Below, in pieces: positions 61,338 to 64,000 of a DNA stretch of 64,000 nt (positions within the stretch are counted from its first letter, which is position 1; the number at the start of each line of letters is the position of its first letter). The notes below the pieces were generated by a model that worked only from the letters and a program-made list of their open reading frames with translations, did no database searches and was not told the DNA's origin. This DNA is from Candidatus Helarchaeota archaeon (lineage in GTDB: Archaea; Asgardarchaeota; Lokiarchaeia; Helarchaeales; RDOG01). The stretch is taken from NCBI GenBank assembly GCA_019058315.1, contig JAHPZH010000003.1, forward strand, positions 684,451 to 748,450, in the 5' to 3' direction. The translations under genes were made by a program, and so were the position numbers.

Positions 61338-61439
61338 TTTAATATCTTCACGGAGAACCTCGGAAAAGGGTATGCTACTGATGAAGACTTGAAACATTTG
61401 ATTGATCATTGGAAAGTGACGTACGGGAATTCTTCATAG
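61338..61439 (+). repeat. 102-bp direct repeat of the 3' end of the wHTH gene (59723-59824)
   Basis: FNIFTENLGKGYATDEDLKHLIDHWKVTYGNSS* versus FNIFTENLGKGANTDKDLRHLIDHWKVTYGNSS*. Confidence 0.92.
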
Positions 61440-61507
61440 TATATTGCTTTATTCTACATTTTTCTTTTATAAAAAAAGAGATTTAAAGATATGCATTGAA
61501 CCGTTTT

Positions 61508-62335
61508 TCACGGGATTAATGATTGAATTAATAACGTCAATCCCGCACCAGTATAACCTAACTGGATTGAACCACTAGCACCATATTTATAAGTTTGTAC
61601 TTGGATTAAATGTTGTCCCGGAGTGACATTATAAATAAGTTGTTGAAAGAATACAGTCATCCAATGAGGAGTCCCGCCGGGGCTGATTTGATGGATCGGC
61701 GGATCTTGGTTAATTCCATCAAGAGTAAATCTAAAACGAGTAATGGCATCCACATATCCTGGACAACTAAAACTTAAATATAGGGAAACATTATTTTTAC
61801 CTTCAATAAATATCGTATTATTCATTCCTGTTATGTTTACAAAGCTTGTGCTAGAGGAAGTAAATCCTTCATTATAATAAGTATACCAAGTTTTTATTAC
61901 ACCGGATTGTGGTGTATTATTTATCAATATCCAAACTTCATCTTTTCCGATTTTACTTGAAGCATCGGTAGCGACTATGGTAATGTTATACCAACCATTA
62001 GTAAAAGTGGTCGTATTCCATTCCAAAGGTACAGTTGTTCCTATCTCGGTACCATTTCGAAGAACTGAAACTGTATAAGCCGAAGCTGCCCATACCATCG
62101 CCCTAATGGTAACATTACCCGAATACATCTCTCCATGATCTGGGTCCAATATACCAACGACCGGATCTCCAGCTGCACCTTGGTCTCCTTCTGGAGCGGA
62201 TATAGCTGACAATATTAATATTGGGTTTATTGGTTCTGATTTTGTTGTTACTAAATATCCAAAAGTTAGTCCAAAAGCTCCTATAACAATAGCAATTATA
62301 GTAATAGCTTTTAAAGTATTTTTCTCCATTATCAA
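61508..62335 (-). CDS. Secreted/anchored Ig-like domain protein with C-terminal beta-sandwich
   Basis: N-terminal TM; short Gly-X-Y stretch; WNTTTFTNGWYNITIVATD bacterial-Ig motif. Confidence 0.7.
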   Translation of the reverse strand: MIMEKNTLKAITIIAIVIGAFGLTFGYLVTTKSEPINPILILSAISAPEGDQGAAGDPVVGILDPDHGEMYSGNVTIRAMVWAASAYTVSVLRNGTEIGTTVPLEWNTTTFTNGWYNITIVATDASSKIGKDEVWILINNTPQSGVIKTWYTYYNEGFTSSSTSFVNITGMNNTIFIEGKNNVSLYLSFSCPGYVDAITRFRFTLDGINQDPPIHQISPGGTPHWMTVFFQQLIYNVTPGQHLIQVQTYKYGASGSIQLGYTGAGLTLLIQSLIP

Positions 62336-62763
62336 TCCTCCAATTTTAAATGAAAATATGTTTTTTATTATGGTCTGAATGGTATTAATAATTTTACTTT
62401 TTTCTATAGTCGGAGTAGTCTGAAAATAAAAGAGATAGAGTAATTTGGATGATAATATTTTACCTTCATTCGGTAATTTTTATTCTTTGGAAGGAAAAAT
62501 TGTAACTGGCTAACCAAACTATTTTACTGACAAAAATAATCTATATCTGTGAGTTTTTAGTCAAATAATTTTATTAATTGACTAATTTAACTGTACAATA
62601 TCGAATTTTACATTTATTGCGACAAAAAATTGATCATAGTAGTTCCAAGTCAACATAATCAGGTGATGAATCAACGTCCTATGTTACAAGGAAACAATAC
62701 CAACTGCCCAAGTTACAAGAAGTCTTTGATTTTGACACGTTAATCACTGACGGTCTGGAAGCA

Positions 62764-64000
62764 TTGAAACGTGTATGGGGAATGGGGAGGGTTAATATAC
62801 AATTTAAGTTATATTTCAAATATCCCAATCTGAATTATGTCAATATCGGCAGAGCGGAATGGAAAATTAGGGCAAAAGAACTATCCGAGAAAATTAATAA
62901 TGGGTTTTCGAGGGTTGAACAGTTTTATTCCGCATTTGAAAAAAAATTCCTTGCACTTAATTTTTACGAATTTGGCTACCCAATGATATGTACCCTTGCG
63001 AAAGAAAAGGACTATTGGGAAAAGGAAATCACTTTTTCAATTCCCCATCTCACTCCATCCTTGCTGGTCTCCATGAACATATTTTTACAGCACATTCTTG
63101 GGACACATATTTTTAATTACGCATATAAGGTCAGATTTACCATTCAAATTACTCAAGTGCAAGATGGAAAACTGCATACCATTACACTATTTGAGGAATA
63201 CGCCAAAATAGTTAAGTTTTATGGATATTTGAGCTTAAAAAATAAACCTAAATTATTAGAATATTATGAAAAAGTTGCTCCGTTTATGGTTACATCTTGT
63301 CAAGGGTACCCCATTACAGCAGACCAACTCAAACGTGGCGAAACGCTATTCAGACGGCATATCCGAAAAGATGGTAAGAAGGATTCGATTTCGATCAATG
63401 GTCCTGATGAAATTGTAAACTATATTAAGGAAGAGGATTTTGGGGGATTTTATCATTCTGTTCAAAAAAGCGATAAAACTGTCGGCATGGGGGTAATTGA
63501 CCTCGATCCGAAGCGGGGAATTAAGCAAGTACTGGGTCAGAAAGTGCTGTGGAAGATATTATTCAAATTTGCTGGGGATCTGGTGAAAAATGCATCCAGT
63601 CACGGTCTTGAGGGGCTTGCTATAAAATTTAGTGGGGAAAAGGCATCCATTTGTATTTTTCGCTGGCGGATGATGCACTAGCTGGTGAACAGATCGATTA
63701 TGATTCCTATATTATTGCACTACGGATTGTGGAGGATGAACTTGAGGGAAAAAAAGCTACGGCAAGTTTTTTGAATCCCTTTAAAGCATTAAAATTTTCA
63801 TTACAGGCCCTTGCTCTTGATACTATGTTTGGATATTGTAGGTGGGTGAAAGAAACATGGCTGAAAAAGTGCAATGACATACGTGAGAAAGCTCATTTAT
63901 TCACATTAACGAATGATAATGAAAATTATTTCAAAATATTCATTGATTTTGCCTCTAATATGCCTCAAGGAGTCTTTCGGACTATCTTAAGTGTCCATGC
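62764..64000 (+). CDS. Archaeo-eukaryotic primase (AEP)/LigD-polymerase-like protein, -1 frameshift near 63634-63642, runs off window
   Basis: Motif I IDLDP; KFSG then (-1 frame) KGIHLYF = motif II; later KIFIDF..N...FRTILSVH = motif III region; -1 frame open to 64000. Confidence 0.8.

Larger units (their letters stand above)
37706..64000. mobile_element. Large integrated element (TnpB at terminus, Cas1-fusion, AEP, defence cargo); right boundary not seen
   Basis: Host gene broken at 37705 and not resumed; no housekeeping genes afterwards; nuclease/replication/defence content; visibly more G+C in tnpB, the cas1 fusion and the AEP gene. Confidence 0.7.

Noticed and set aside
1665-63528. Numerous short overlapping ORFs in the track (e.g. 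12415, 16586, 27419, 31425, 56842, 60835)
   Set aside because: Opposite-strand or alternate-frame shadows of well-supported genes, with no motifs
37706-64000. CRISPR array or cas operon accompanying the Cas1 domain
   Set aside because: No 25-45 bp regularly spaced repeats and no recognisable cas2/cas4/effector genes in the window
39498-64000. Classical casposon
   Set aside because: No family B polymerase or long terminal inverted repeat visible; the far end is outside the window

Overview
AT-rich archaeal DNA, very probably from an Asgard archaeon (Loki/Hel-like). This is inferred from tandem Arf-like GTPases, longin-domain proteins, Yip1 proteins, a UGA-containing selD and a BHB-type tRNA intron. 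The left part (1 to ~37.7 kb) is host chromosome. It carries metabolic genes (AOR, PfkB kinase, hexulose-6-P isomerase, FAD oxidoreductases, SDR), a Sec-containing selD with a structured 3' UTR, tRNA-Pro(GGG) with a D-loop intron, four tandem HhH-GTPase genes and two 7-bladed propeller surface proteins. At 37706 an acyl-CoA synthetase gene is cut off, and its remainder never reappears in the window. From there to the window end lies what looks like one large integrated element (>26 kb). It begins with a terminal TnpB/omegaRNA module. Next is a 2147-aa fusion of Ski2/Hel308-like helicase + Zn fingers + Cas1 (catalytic residues present) + DHH/DHHA1 + degenerate RecA/RadB-like domain. The element also holds defence-type cargo (two PD-(D/E)XK nucleases, HEPN, Shedu, Schlafen), a candidate origin/centromere locus and a frameshifted AEP primase-polymerase. 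Several cargo genes are bracketed by 100-170 bp direct repeats made of gene 3' ends. No CRISPR array, cas2 or PolB is visible. All domain calls come from motifs read by eye, not from database searches.
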